This document shows, one piece after another, positions 52,762 to 62,817 of a stretch of 64,000 nucleotides of DNA. The notes under the pieces were generated by a model that saw only the letters and a program-made list of their open reading frames with translations, searched no databases and had not been told where the DNA came from. Source of the DNA: Candidatus Cloacimonadales bacterium (GTDB lineage Bacteria > Cloacimonadota > Cloacimonadia > Cloacimonadales > JAFGVF01). Location of the stretch: assembly GCA_963662585.1 (NCBI GenBank), contig OY759729.1:288001-352000 (forward strand), written 5' to 3'. Every line of letters begins with the position of its first letter. Positions within the stretch are counted from its first letter, which is position 1. The position numbers were made by a program, and so were the translations under genes.

Positions 52762-53529
52762 TTATTTTATCTTCAGTCCTACATTTTCTGCATCTTTTAG
52801 ATCAGCTACAAAGCTACCAAATTTAACTTCTGATTCCATTTTAACTGGTATTTTAAATTCATCATCAGTAAGCCAGATGAATATTTTCCCTGAGTTTTGG
52901 AAGATAGTTTCCCCTGTTAATTGAGGTTCAATTTTGAGACAATACTTCTTACCAAAGATAGTTTTAAGCTTTTCTCGTTCATGAACAACAATAGCAGCAT
53001 CAAAAGTTACTCCATCTCCAGACATAGTCATAATAAGGGTATCTCCTACAGCAAGTTCTTGTTGGCGAATACTATAAAAAGCTCCTAGAAAATCATAAGT
53101 ATCTTTAGTAATAGCTACATCCTTGGTAGAAAATTCTTTTTTCCCGAAAGACCATTTTTGGTAGATGCAGTTTTCGTTCTCTCTGTCATAGTAGTGAAGT
53201 CTTCTTTGTTTATAACCACCTTCTCTTAAGTTCTTTTCGTAGAAGATAGCTAAGCCACTATCTTTATCAGAAATTGAGATAATACTATCTCTAACTTTAA
53301 AAAAGACATCAAAGAAAGAGTAAGTTTTGGCATTAGAAGTTACCTTAAAGGCTTCAACTGGCTCGGTGTAGATTGAGTCGGTATGAATAATATGACGAGT
53401 AAAAAGTTCAGCTTCGGCAGCAGATACGACACCATATCTAATGTTAAAAGTTAATCTTTCTTGATCTTGAATAGAAATCAAATTCCCTATCGCCATAAGA
53501 GCGCAAAGGATAATTATTTTTATTTTCAT
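52762..53529 (-). CDS. DUF3108-like secreted protein
   Basis: ERLTFNIRYG, FFKVRD, IWLTDD..KIPV. Confidence 0.75.
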   Translation of the reverse strand: MKIKIIILCALMAIGNLISIQDQERLTFNIRYGVVSAAEAELFTRHIIHTDSIYTEPVEAFKVTSNAKTYSFFDVFFKVRDSIISISDKDSGLAIFYEKNLREGGYKQRRLHYYDRENENCIYQKWSFGKKEFSTKDVAITKDTYDFLGAFYSIRQQELAVGDTLIMTMSGDGVTFDAAIVVHEREKLKTIFGKKYCLKIEPQLTGETIFQNSGKIFIWLTDDEFKIPVKMESEVKFGSFVADLKDAENVGLKIK

Positions 53530-53579
53530 AAAGAGTCCTTGTTATCGTTTTTATTATTATTTTTCCAAAGGGAAATGTG

Positions 53580-55880
53580 TCAATCTTCTTTTACTTGAAT
53601 CTCAAAATATATTTTTTTTGATAGTCCTTGAGAAGTAACAAGAAACAGAACTTTTTCTCCAGGACTTGTAGTTATGTCTAATTTATGCACTCCATTTGTT
53701 TGAGCTAAAAAAGTGTCATCTAAAAACCAATAGATAATCTCATCGCTAGTATAAGCTTCAGCTTGAAAGTAGTTTAGTTTTCCTGATAAATCAACAGGTA
53801 GATAGATATGACTGTTGGGAATAGGGTATTTAATGATTAGTTCAGAGTTGGAACTAATCATTGAGCAATCAGGATTATGAGCAGGAATTTCAGGATAAGA
53901 AGTCCCTGCTTCTTGGAGGTAATAATCTACTGTAGGTGGATAATCTAGCACCCTTATTGCCTTGTGGGGAATATCTTTCCAGCAGTTAGAACAAACTTGC
54001 ATTGATTCTTTCTCATCAACGATAATCTGCTTATGATAAGAGCATTTTGGGAGAAGAAAAGCAGTCTGCGGAACATCTATCCAAAGAGTATCTTGGCAAT
54101 ACTTGGAAGGACTAAATCCACTTACAGCACAGACAGGGATCTGTTTAAAATCATCCCAGGGTTTAACAAAGAAAGGGTTATTATTGTTAGGGAGAGTTTC
54201 TAGAACTTTGAAAAGGATTGAGCCAGCAATTTCTCTTCCTGAAAGATGTGGATTTCCTTCACCAGTGAAGTTTCCAGCCCAGACAGCAATTGTCCATTGA
54301 GGGTCAAGTCCCACAGCCCAGGCGTCTCTAAAGCCATTGCTAGTTCCTGTTTTCCAAGAAAAATTGGGAAATTCTGTCATAAAAGGAGCTGGTTTCTTAA
54401 CTCCTTTGAGAATGTCTAAAATTTGATAAGAAGCAGCTGGAGATAATAAAGTTTTCTTTTCATTACTCTTGTCATTTTGAAGAAGTTTTAAGCCTGAATA
54501 CTTACCGTAGTTTCCCAAAGTTTGATACATTTCAGATAGGTCCCAGAGATTTGTTTCCGCACCACCGATACAGATAGAAAGTCCGTAAGAGCTAGGCTCA
54601 CGGAAAAGACTTTTCATTCCGACACTTTTGAGAACTGAGACAGCATCATAGACCCCTATTCTTTGAGTAACTTCATAAGCTGGGATATTAAGGGATTTTT
54701 GTAAAGCTTCTGTTACATTAGTAATTCCTCGATACTTCTTATCAAAGTTTTTAGGAAGAAGAATTCCATAGCTTTTGTTGATATCTTCGATAAGAGAATT
54801 GGGAGTGATGAGTCCTTTCTCAAGAGCATAACCATAAATGAAAGGTTTGAGAATAGAAGCAGAAGAACGAAGAGCTTGAATGCCATCTACGAAACCATTA
54901 GTAGAGCTTGAAAAATAAGCCTGAGAACCGATATAAGCCTTTACTTCATGAGTTTGGGTATTACTAACTAAAATAGCAATATTCTTAATCCCCATACTAC
55001 TAAGATAAGCTCCTTCATTTAAGGCAAGACTCTCAATCTTGAGCTGTAGGTCTTTGCTTATAGTTGTTTTATATTCATCCTTAGAGCCTTGTTTTAGTTT
55101 ATCCCCAAGATGAGGAGCAATGAAAGGAAATGAATAGTGGGAAGTAGGAATAGCTTCTCTTTTGGAATTTTCCAACTGCTGTTGATTGATATAACCTTGG
55201 TTCATTAATGTAGAGAGAAGTCTATCTCTTTTTTCTTTTAGCTTATGGCTATTTCTACCAGGATAGAGGTTACTAGGGTTGTTAGGTAAAACAGCAAAAA
55301 GAGCGGCTTCAGCCCAGGTTAATTGTTCAAGAACTTTGCCGTAATACTTATAGGCAGCACTTCTTATGCCCACTATATTACTTCCATAAGGAGCATTATT
55401 AAGGTACATTAAGAGTATCTCATCTTTAGTATAGAAGAGTTCTAACTTGAGAGCAATAAAGGCCTCGCGTATTTTATTAATTAGAGTTCTATCTTTGTTC
55501 AAGAAGAGACGAGCAGTTTGCATAGTAATAGTAGAACCACCACTTACAACTCTCCCCTCTTTAATATTTGAATATAATGCTCGGACTAGAGAAAAGGGGT
55601 TAATACCAGGATGAGAATAAAATCTTTCATCTTCAAACTTCAAAATGGAAGTTTTTAATTTATCAGGAATAGTGTCATTATAAGGCAGATGCCATTGTTC
55701 ATTACTATCTAAATATACCCTTAAATAGTCTCCCTTTTCATCTAAGATAACAGTCGAGTAGTTCCAATCGTTTTCTGTAGGCAGAGGAGATATTAGAATC
55801 GCTGACAGTATTAGTGCCAGAAGCACAGCTATGATTCCCAAAGTTTTAAAGATTAATCTCTTGCTTGGAGATTTGAGCAT
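53580..55880 (-). CDS. pbpC: Penicillin-binding protein 1C
   Basis: EDERFYSHPG, GGSTITMQ, YLNNAPYG; SILK, SLN, KTG; next to alpha-2-macroglobulin. Confidence 0.92.
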   Translation of the reverse strand: MLKSPSKRLIFKTLGIIAVLLALILSAILISPLPTENDWNYSTVILDEKGDYLRVYLDSNEQWHLPYNDTIPDKLKTSILKFEDERFYSHPGINPFSLVRALYSNIKEGRVVSGGSTITMQTARLFLNKDRTLINKIREAFIALKLELFYTKDEILLMYLNNAPYGSNIVGIRSAAYKYYGKVLEQLTWAEAALFAVLPNNPSNLYPGRNSHKLKEKRDRLLSTLMNQGYINQQQLENSKREAIPTSHYSFPFIAPHLGDKLKQGSKDEYKTTISKDLQLKIESLALNEGAYLSSMGIKNIAILVSNTQTHEVKAYIGSQAYFSSSTNGFVDGIQALRSSASILKPFIYGYALEKGLITPNSLIEDINKSYGILLPKNFDKKYRGITNVTEALQKSLNIPAYEVTQRIGVYDAVSVLKSVGMKSLFREPSSYGLSICIGGAETNLWDLSEMYQTLGNYGKYSGLKLLQNDKSNEKKTLLSPAASYQILDILKGVKKPAPFMTEFPNFSWKTGTSNGFRDAWAVGLDPQWTIAVWAGNFTGEGNPHLSGREIAGSILFKVLETLPNNNNPFFVKPWDDFKQIPVCAVSGFSPSKYCQDTLWIDVPQTAFLLPKCSYHKQIIVDEKESMQVCSNCWKDIPHKAIRVLDYPPTVDYYLQEAGTSYPEIPAHNPDCSMISSNSELIIKYPIPNSHIYLPVDLSGKLNYFQAEAYTSDEIIYWFLDDTFLAQTNGVHKLDITTSPGEKVLFLVTSQGLSKKIYFEIQVKED

Positions 55881-55957
55881 TTTTTAATATTCCTAGTCTT
55901 GTTTAGTTTGATTTATCTGACAAATCTTGTGATTTTTGGCATGTAATAATCATTCAC

Positions 55958-56017
55958 CATGTAGAAATGTTGCATGCAACGTCTCTACATGCAACGACTA
56001 TACATGCAACGACTATA
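55958..56017. repeat. GTAG-type REP palindrome plus 15-bp tandem echo
   Basis: CATGTAGAAATGTTGCATGCAACGTCTCTACATG, then CATGCAACGACTATA twice (first copy overlaps). Confidence 0.75.
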
Positions 56018-56102
56018 TATGGGTACCTTAATTTCATGAAATGTTTCCACATGGGATAATTATTATATCTTAATTTATATATATAATTTAATCAATCTGT
56101 TA

Positions 56103-59100
56103 TTATTTAACTATTATAGGTCGTCCTTGAATTACTGCTTGATTCTCAGGATTATAGATATCTTCTGAGGTTGTAGCAGGCATCATGAACTTACCTTTAA
56201 TGATAGAATTAATTTTACACTTGTAAGAAGTTGGAAGTTTTGATCTACTCTTTCCATAAATAATAACTCTATCATCTCTGACATCTGTATAGTTTGGTAA
56301 TTCACTTTGATTATATCCTCTACTGTTATAGGAATTATTTTCTTCGCTTGAGAATTCCCAACAGGAAGGGAGAATATATGTTGTAGCAAATTCCATATTA
56401 TTAAAGTCTGGAGTAGTATTAATCTCAGCATAGAAAGTCTGACCTTGCTCTAAAGAAGAGACATCAAGTACTTGTCCATCTAAATCTGTATAGATGACAT
56501 CAAGAGTAATATTATCTGATGAAGATCTAGTATCAGTAATCTTAGGGACGAAGACATTATTGGCAATAATTGCAACATCTTTAGCCTTAGCTGATATAGC
56601 TTTTATTACAAGCTCACTATTTTTGAAAGGAGTTAAATCAAAGAAAAAAGACTTATCTACTTGAATATTCTCTTTCTTCCCCGCTACTGTTAATTCAAAC
56701 TCAGCTCTTGTATAATTCTGATAATCATTAGGTAAAGTACTTACGAAACCTGCGAGAGCAAAGAGATTCCAACCTTTCTCATACTGATTCCAGTAACTTG
56801 GAGATTGCATCTTCTTAGCAAGAGCTAAAGCAGTTGCTCTGTTTTTAGCTTTCTGAACATCATCACTATTATTATAGATAGAATTAGAGTATAGTTCTAA
56901 AGCTTGAGCGACTTCTTCATTAGGTTTTAAATAATTATGATGATTATCTTTTACTTGAATAAGAACATCAGCTTTTAAATCTTTAGTTAGATCTTTAATA
57001 TCAAAACCTGATTCCCTATAGGCCATCTCTAACATGGTGACAGCACTACTCTCGATATTAATAACCTCTTGTTCATTATAGTAGTTTAAAGAAGCAATAT
57101 TTGCTTTATCTGCAAGAGCTAGAACGAAGAGAATATAGGCATCTTCAAAATCTACTTGTGAGGTATTTCTACTTGATTTCTCCAAAAAACTTAGAATTTC
57201 AGAATAGACAAACTCATTTATATTATAGCCTTTCTCTTTGGCAATCAAGCAAGTATGCAGGGCATAAGCATTGAGAATTTTACGATTATTAGCGTAATTC
57301 CACTGGCCTTGCCACTCCCATAAACCTTGCTTATTATACTTAACTATCTCTTGGAAGTAAGCATTTACATTGGCGTCAAGCTCATTTCTAAGATTAACAT
57401 CTGTGATAAAATCACTAAGAAGAAGTTGAACAAAAGCAGTTGCAGTTTTCATTACTGCTCCGCCATAAGGATATCTGATAGAGTAACGAAGTTGCTGATC
57501 AGCATCAAATTCAAATCCTTGAGTAAAAGATAGATAAGCCTGACCACTATTAGCATAACCAAGTTCTGGAACATTGTAGTTTATTTCATCTCCAGTAAAG
57601 CTAAGCATCTTAGAGTCGGTTTGATATGCTGAAGGTAATCTGATTCCGACATCAATCTTCTTGTCAGAAGAAAAGTCTTTACTCTTGATTCTAAAGTTAA
57701 ATTCAGCTTTTCCTATAGCTTCTTTTACTTGAGCTGAGAAAATAAGTAATTTACTTGTTTGGCCTGCAGGAATGATATGTTTTGATTTTGAAGTAACTTC
57801 TACAATGCTATTGGTAATTAACTCAATTTCAACATCAGAAGTTACACTAGGGTCTATGACAACATTAACAGGGATTTGAAAGTCATCACTAGGTGTTAAT
57901 ACTCTTGGGAGAGTTGGCATAGCAATGATGTCATCTTTTACGATAACGGGTTTAACTGATGCTCCAAGTGCTTCTTCATTAGCTGCGACAAGAGTAACTT
58001 TTAGAGCTCCAATATAATCAGCTATATCAACTTCAAACTCAGCCTTACCATTATCATCAGTTTCTAAAATCCCTAAGAAATATGAGACAGGTTTAAATCT
58101 TTGCACACCTGTTTCTTGCAATCTATTCATTTCCCTTAATGAACCTACACTATCATTTTCGAAGCTAGCTCCTTTACTTAGCATGGCCATACCTCCACCT
58201 ATCATGATGGTTCGGAATATTTCTAAGTTCTGGGCATTAAGGAAGAAAGAGAAGTTATCATAATCTTGAGCAAAATAGCCTTCATTACGATAAAAAAGAG
58301 TCCAGGGATTCGGAATAGAATAATTACTTTTATTGATTAAACCTTGATCAACGATGGAAACAATATATTGAGTCTTCTTTTTAACACCTACATCAATCTT
58401 ACCTTTCAATTTAGAGTTGGAATTAATCTTCTCAGGGAGCTCTAACTTTATATCGAGTGAAGTTGTTTTATCTATTATCTTAATAGGGATTATTCCGTAT
58501 AAGCTCAAGGGAAGATCATTATTTCTATTCTTTTGACCTTGAACTACTCGGACATCAAGATAAACATTAGGTATCATTAAGGCATCAGCTTCAAATTCGT
58601 AAATAAAATCTCCATTAGTGTTCACATCTATAATCTCTTGTTTAACAATTTCATCTTTCTTAATGATTGCAAGATAGATTTTGCTGTCTTTGGAGCTAGG
58701 AATGCTTACTTTGACAGTTTCACCAATTTCATAATCTTCTTTATCCGTTTTAAGTTCTAAAGAGCTATCTTCTGTAAGTTCAGAATGATCACCCCAATAG
58801 TTGTTGAAGTACTTATGATTTATTTCATAATCATCATTACCTTTTATTCTAGCCTCAACAATAAAGAGATTATAATCTGAAGATTGAGGTTTAAAGGTAA
58901 TATATTTATCTTTTCCTATAGTTACCTGTCCCTTAGTTATAACAGAAGATGATTCTGATTTCTTGAAAGAAGCTCGATAGTTAAAATCATAATCCCACCA
59001 CCAACTTCCTTTCTTTCCATAGATAACGAATTCTACTTGAGTACCTTCCTGAAGACTGCTTCCTTTTTCATCAACTACCACAAGTCCTACTTGATAAGTT

Positions 59101-61817
59101 CCATTCTTAGCCTTTAAATATCTGTTGTTACTTAAACCGATATATTTTCTTAAAGGTGAAACTGGTAGGGTTAAATTTCTATTTATAGGTCTTCCACCTT
59201 CTTCAGTAACTTCCACATCAACATTTACAAAGTAAGGATGATTTCCTTCTTTTGCATCTAATAGTTTAAAGTTTGCATCAACTTTACCATTCTCATCACT
59301 TGATAATTCCTGTACTTGCTGATACATAGAGTAATCATTATTAGAAAACTCATCGACAAAAGAATATTGATTGAACTTCTCTTGAGCAAAACTGTAATTA
59401 CGATAGATATTGAAGTCTAATTTACATTTTGCTCCAACTAAAGGTGCTCCAAAAAGATAAGTACTATTGAGTGTTAAGTCTATGCTTTTATCAGTAGAAG
59501 AATACATATCCTTATTTGTTTCCATAGTAACATTAATTCTTTCTGGAACAAATGTTTCTATAGAGAAATTGACCATTTTTTTAAGATTACCATATTCTAC
59601 TTCGATTCTCCAGTTTCCTGTATCTACATTGGATTGAGTAGCCACTTTATATGTTGCAAAACCTTCTTTATATTCTGTAATTTTCTCACTTGAGACTTTA
59701 CTATTCCTAGGATCATAAACAGTTGCAATGATAGGTAAATTTTCTTTTACTATTTTGTTGTCATTATCTCTAACCATAATAGATAAATTTACTGTCTCTC
59801 CAGGCCTGTATTCAGGTCTATCTAAAAAGAGTTCTAGTTTGTATTCATTCTGAGAAAGATCTCTATCAATATTGAATTTAGTATTATCTAAAAGCATTGT
59901 GGAACTGGAAAGAAGCCCTAAAGCCCCCTCTCTCTCAGCAACTACAAAGAAATGTCCAAAATTCAAAGCTTTCTCGAGATTATCAAATACAAAATTACCA
60001 TTCCTATCGGTTTTTCCTTTAGCAAGAAGAGTGTTGTTATAACTCCTTAATTGAACATCTGCTCTCTTTACAGGTGAGCCATCAGTTACATCTACAACAT
60101 TAACCATTACCTTCTCTTTAAATGCTTTTGCTGTAAGAGCTAAATCAGTAAATAAAAGCATCTTAGAAACTTTAGAACTGTAATTATAATAATAGAAACT
60201 ATTTGGTGTTTTTAACTTATCATTTGCTTCTACTTTCCCTTGTAAATTGAGAATATAAATTTTATCTGGAGCCTTTTTGATGACTTCTCCTAAATCTAGC
60301 TTAATAAAAGCATCTTTATCAGTTATCACTTCAGTTTTAACTGTTCCCCTCTTTACCTCTTCCCCATACCAATGCAAATTATCATTTCTATAATAGTTCT
60401 TATAATTTGTGATAGAATAATCTGAAATATTAATATTATGAATCATTTCAGCTATATTCTCTACTTGAATAGCCCACAATTGGTAATCTACTTCAGGGAA
60501 ATTTACTACCTTAATGTTGAAAGTGTTATTATTAAGTGATGATAAAAAAACTCCTCTATCGGCAAATTCTAACTCTCTTTCACGATTATAAGTATGAACT
60601 ATTTCTTCTTTTGCTTCTTGTAAAACCGAAGCATCAGCAGCTTTGATTCCTGAGTTTATCTGAAGCTTATACTCTTTGTTTAGTTCAAAGTTTCCAGAAA
60701 CAATTACCTTATTCATAAACTTAGAAATTGATACTGCTAATTCTTCTTGCTCAGCAAGAGTAATTAAACCCTTAAGAGATTGATTATCATCTAGATTCTT
60801 AGAAAAAGTTAATTCAATTCTTGCTTTACCTTGATTATCTGTAACTGTGTTAATACTATTAAGAAGAAATTTTCTCATCTCCTTGATTGTATTTGAATAA
60901 TATATTCCTCTTCTGTTGTCTGTTCGGAAAGCCTCAGCTTTAGGTGAGAGAATGATTTTGTCATTTTCGGTAGCAGTAAAAAGATTACTCTTAAGCACCA
61001 TTTCGCCACTATCATCATAACTGATATTATCCACAGTTGCCTGTTTAGATCCTATACGGATTTTTAAGCCATTCCTGTAATCAGAATCTTGATATCTGCC
61101 TCGGTAATGGTTAATAATAAATTCAAGATAATACTCATTTCTGTTAGAAGTTGGATGGAGAGAAACCTGACCTAAAGTCAAGATCGGTGCTGAGTTATAG
61201 AAAGATAGTTCAACTTTAGCAAACTCACCATTTAAAAGTTCAGCTTGGTCTATCTTCACCTTATAGGTATAGTCGCCTTTAAATCTTTCTGCAGGATAGA
61301 AACGCACTATTTTATCTTCTATTTTTTCAAATGCACCATCTGTGCGAGGAGAGAATTCTATATATTTATTATAATCTTCTAGTCTAATTGATTCTTGTAA
61401 GGGAGTATTAAAAGCTATTTCATAATAATCTCGATCATTATTCCAAGAGTTTAGTTTTGTATAAACAACTCTTTGATTGGAAGTTGGAGTATGAGCAGAC
61501 CTATTTATTATTCTTTCTCTGGTTGAAGAAATTGACTCTGAACCTGTTTCGGTTTTAGCTTCTTCCTCAGAATCATTCATGGGCATACTTGGTATATCAT
61601 TAGGCATGGATTCTGTAACTTCATTATCTAAGCCTTGCTTTTGCTCTAAGGATTGAGATTGTTCTGCATCTTTACTCAACTCTGCAGAAACTGATTCAAC
61701 TTGAGTTTGTTTATCAGATAATAGTGGTTGAACTTCACTCTTTTCCTCTTTAGGGCAACCTGTTATGATTATAATAATCATTATAAAAAACAATAGAGTA
61801 CGAAATCCTCTTGACAT
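56103..61817 (-). CDS. Bacterial alpha-2-macroglobulin family lipoprotein
   Basis: Lipobox ITGC; DRPEYRPGETV, FVPER, VDQG, LPRVL, YPYG, DVRDDRV; upstream of pbpC. Confidence 0.9.
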   Translation of the reverse strand: MSRGFRTLLFFIMIIIIITGCPKEEKSEVQPLLSDKQTQVESVSAELSKDAEQSQSLEQKQGLDNEVTESMPNDIPSMPMNDSEEEAKTETGSESISSTRERIINRSAHTPTSNQRVVYTKLNSWNNDRDYYEIAFNTPLQESIRLEDYNKYIEFSPRTDGAFEKIEDKIVRFYPAERFKGDYTYKVKIDQAELLNGEFAKVELSFYNSAPILTLGQVSLHPTSNRNEYYLEFIINHYRGRYQDSDYRNGLKIRIGSKQATVDNISYDDSGEMVLKSNLFTATENDKIILSPKAEAFRTDNRRGIYYSNTIKEMRKFLLNSINTVTDNQGKARIELTFSKNLDDNQSLKGLITLAEQEELAVSISKFMNKVIVSGNFELNKEYKLQINSGIKAADASVLQEAKEEIVHTYNRERELEFADRGVFLSSLNNNTFNIKVVNFPEVDYQLWAIQVENIAEMIHNINISDYSITNYKNYYRNDNLHWYGEEVKRGTVKTEVITDKDAFIKLDLGEVIKKAPDKIYILNLQGKVEANDKLKTPNSFYYYNYSSKVSKMLLFTDLALTAKAFKEKVMVNVVDVTDGSPVKRADVQLRSYNNTLLAKGKTDRNGNFVFDNLEKALNFGHFFVVAEREGALGLLSSSTMLLDNTKFNIDRDLSQNEYKLELFLDRPEYRPGETVNLSIMVRDNDNKIVKENLPIIATVYDPRNSKVSSEKITEYKEGFATYKVATQSNVDTGNWRIEVEYGNLKKMVNFSIETFVPERINVTMETNKDMYSSTDKSIDLTLNSTYLFGAPLVGAKCKLDFNIYRNYSFAQEKFNQYSFVDEFSNNDYSMYQQVQELSSDENGKVDANFKLLDAKEGNHPYFVNVDVEVTEEGGRPINRNLTLPVSPLRKYIGLSNNRYLKAKNGTYQVGLVVVDEKGSSLQEGTQVEFVIYGKKGSWWWDYDFNYRASFKKSESSSVITKGQVTIGKDKYITFKPQSSDYNLFIVEARIKGNDDYEINHKYFNNYWGDHSELTEDSSLELKTDKEDYEIGETVKVSIPSSKDSKIYLAIIKKDEIVKQEIIDVNTNGDFIYEFEADALMIPNVYLDVRVVQGQKNRNNDLPLSLYGIIPIKIIDKTTSLDIKLELPEKINSNSKLKGKIDVGVKKKTQYIVSIVDQGLINKSNYSIPNPWTLFYRNEGYFAQDYDNFSFFLNAQNLEIFRTIMIGGGMAMLSKGASFENDSVGSLREMNRLQETGVQRFKPVSYFLGILETDDNGKAEFEVDIADYIGALKVTLVAANEEALGASVKPVIVKDDIIAMPTLPRVLTPSDDFQIPVNVVIDPSVTSDVEIELITNSIVEVTSKSKHIIPAGQTSKLLIFSAQVKEAIGKAEFNFRIKSKDFSSDKKIDVGIRLPSAYQTDSKMLSFTGDEINYNVPELGYANSGQAYLSFTQGFEFDADQQLRYSIRYPYGGAVMKTATAFVQLLLSDFITDVNLRNELDANVNAYFQEIVKYNKQGLWEWQGQWNYANNRKILNAYALHTCLIAKEKGYNINEFVYSEILSFLEKSSRNTSQVDFEDAYILFVLALADKANIASLNYYNEQEVINIESSAVTMLEMAYRESGFDIKDLTKDLKADVLIQVKDNHHNYLKPNEEVAQALELYSNSIYNNSDDVQKAKNRATALALAKKMQSPSYWNQYEKGWNLFALAGFVSTLPNDYQNYTRAEFELTVAGKKENIQVDKSFFFDLTPFKNSELVIKAISAKAKDVAIIANNVFVPKITDTRSSSDNITLDVIYTDLDGQVLDVSSLEQGQTFYAEINTTPDFNNMEFATTYILPSCWEFSSEENNSYNSRGYNQSELPNYTDVRDDRVIIYGKSRSKLPTSYKCKINSIIKGKFMMPATTSEDIYNPENQAVIQGRPIIVK

Positions 61818-61975
61818 ATCTCCTCCAGAAATAAGTTTAATAGCTTATTAATCTAGTGAGTGTATTTAATGTCAAGGAAATTCAATTATCTTATATGATT
61901 TAATATTGTAATCTTCTAAATAATATTTTCCTCTAATTTATATTGAGTAGCCAAAACTCTATTTTAAAGATTATT

Positions 61976-62806
61976 TTAATTGCTGTTATTAGTATCTGAA
62001 ACGACTCGCCTAAAGCTTTCATTCTCTATCGCAATTATCTCTCCATTAGGTAGAGCAACTAAGGAATATCCGGCTTTTCTATCTTCTAAAGAAGAAAGAT
62101 ATTTAAGGGATAAACCTGCTTGAAGTTTCTTGTTGGTAGGGAAAATCCTCCCATCTTCATCCTTGTGAATAATTGTGTTCTTTTTTACCACAATAACTTC
62201 ACGATTTGTCACAAAAGCAGTGAACTTACTTATAGAAACTGCAATAAAAAGTAATAAGAGAAAGATATTTAAGGTAAGATAAAATCTTTTTGCAAAAATC
62301 GATATAGCTATTTTCTGGGAGAGATAAAGATAAATTAAAATCCCTAAAGAGAGAAAAAGCATAAAAACTATCAGAGCTAAGCGATTAATATCTAACCAAT
62401 TATAAACAGAAAATAGTAATCTATTAGTGAATGAACTTTCTGCTAGATTTGCACTAATTATTGAGCTTTCCATCTGTTCTAAAGCTTTGCGAGCTGCTGA
62501 ATTACTACTATCAATACGAAGAGCTCGTTTATAATATAATACAGCATATCCTGCTTCATCTATCTGAGCATAACAATTACCAATATTATAATGGAGATTA
62601 GGATCATTAGATTGCTTTTCTAATTCTTGGTATATTTTGATAGCATCGTAATAGTTTCCCTGTTGAAGGAAGTTATTTGCCTGTCTAAAGAGAAGATTAA
62701 GTTCGTTAGCCGACAAATCTTCTGTTAAAATAAAGGAATTTATCAGCACAAAAAGTAATATTATGATTAATTTTAGGGTACTTAGATTGATTTTATTTAT
62801 AGACAT
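61976..62806 (-). CDS. TPR protein, BatE-like
   Basis: LHYNIGNCY..GYAVLYYKRAL TPR plus TM helices; follows batD. Confidence 0.7.
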   Translation of the reverse strand: MSINKINLSTLKLIIILLFVLINSFILTEDLSANELNLLFRQANNFLQQGNYYDAIKIYQELEKQSNDPNLHYNIGNCYAQIDEAGYAVLYYKRALRIDSSNSAARKALEQMESSIISANLAESSFTNRLLFSVYNWLDINRLALIVFMLFLSLGILIYLYLSQKIAISIFAKRFYLTLNIFLLLLFIAVSISKFTAFVTNREVIVVKKNTIIHKDEDGRIFPTNKKLQAGLSLKYLSSLEDRKAGYSLVALPNGEIIAIENESFRRVVSDTNNSN

Positions 62807-62817
62807 ATTTAATATCC

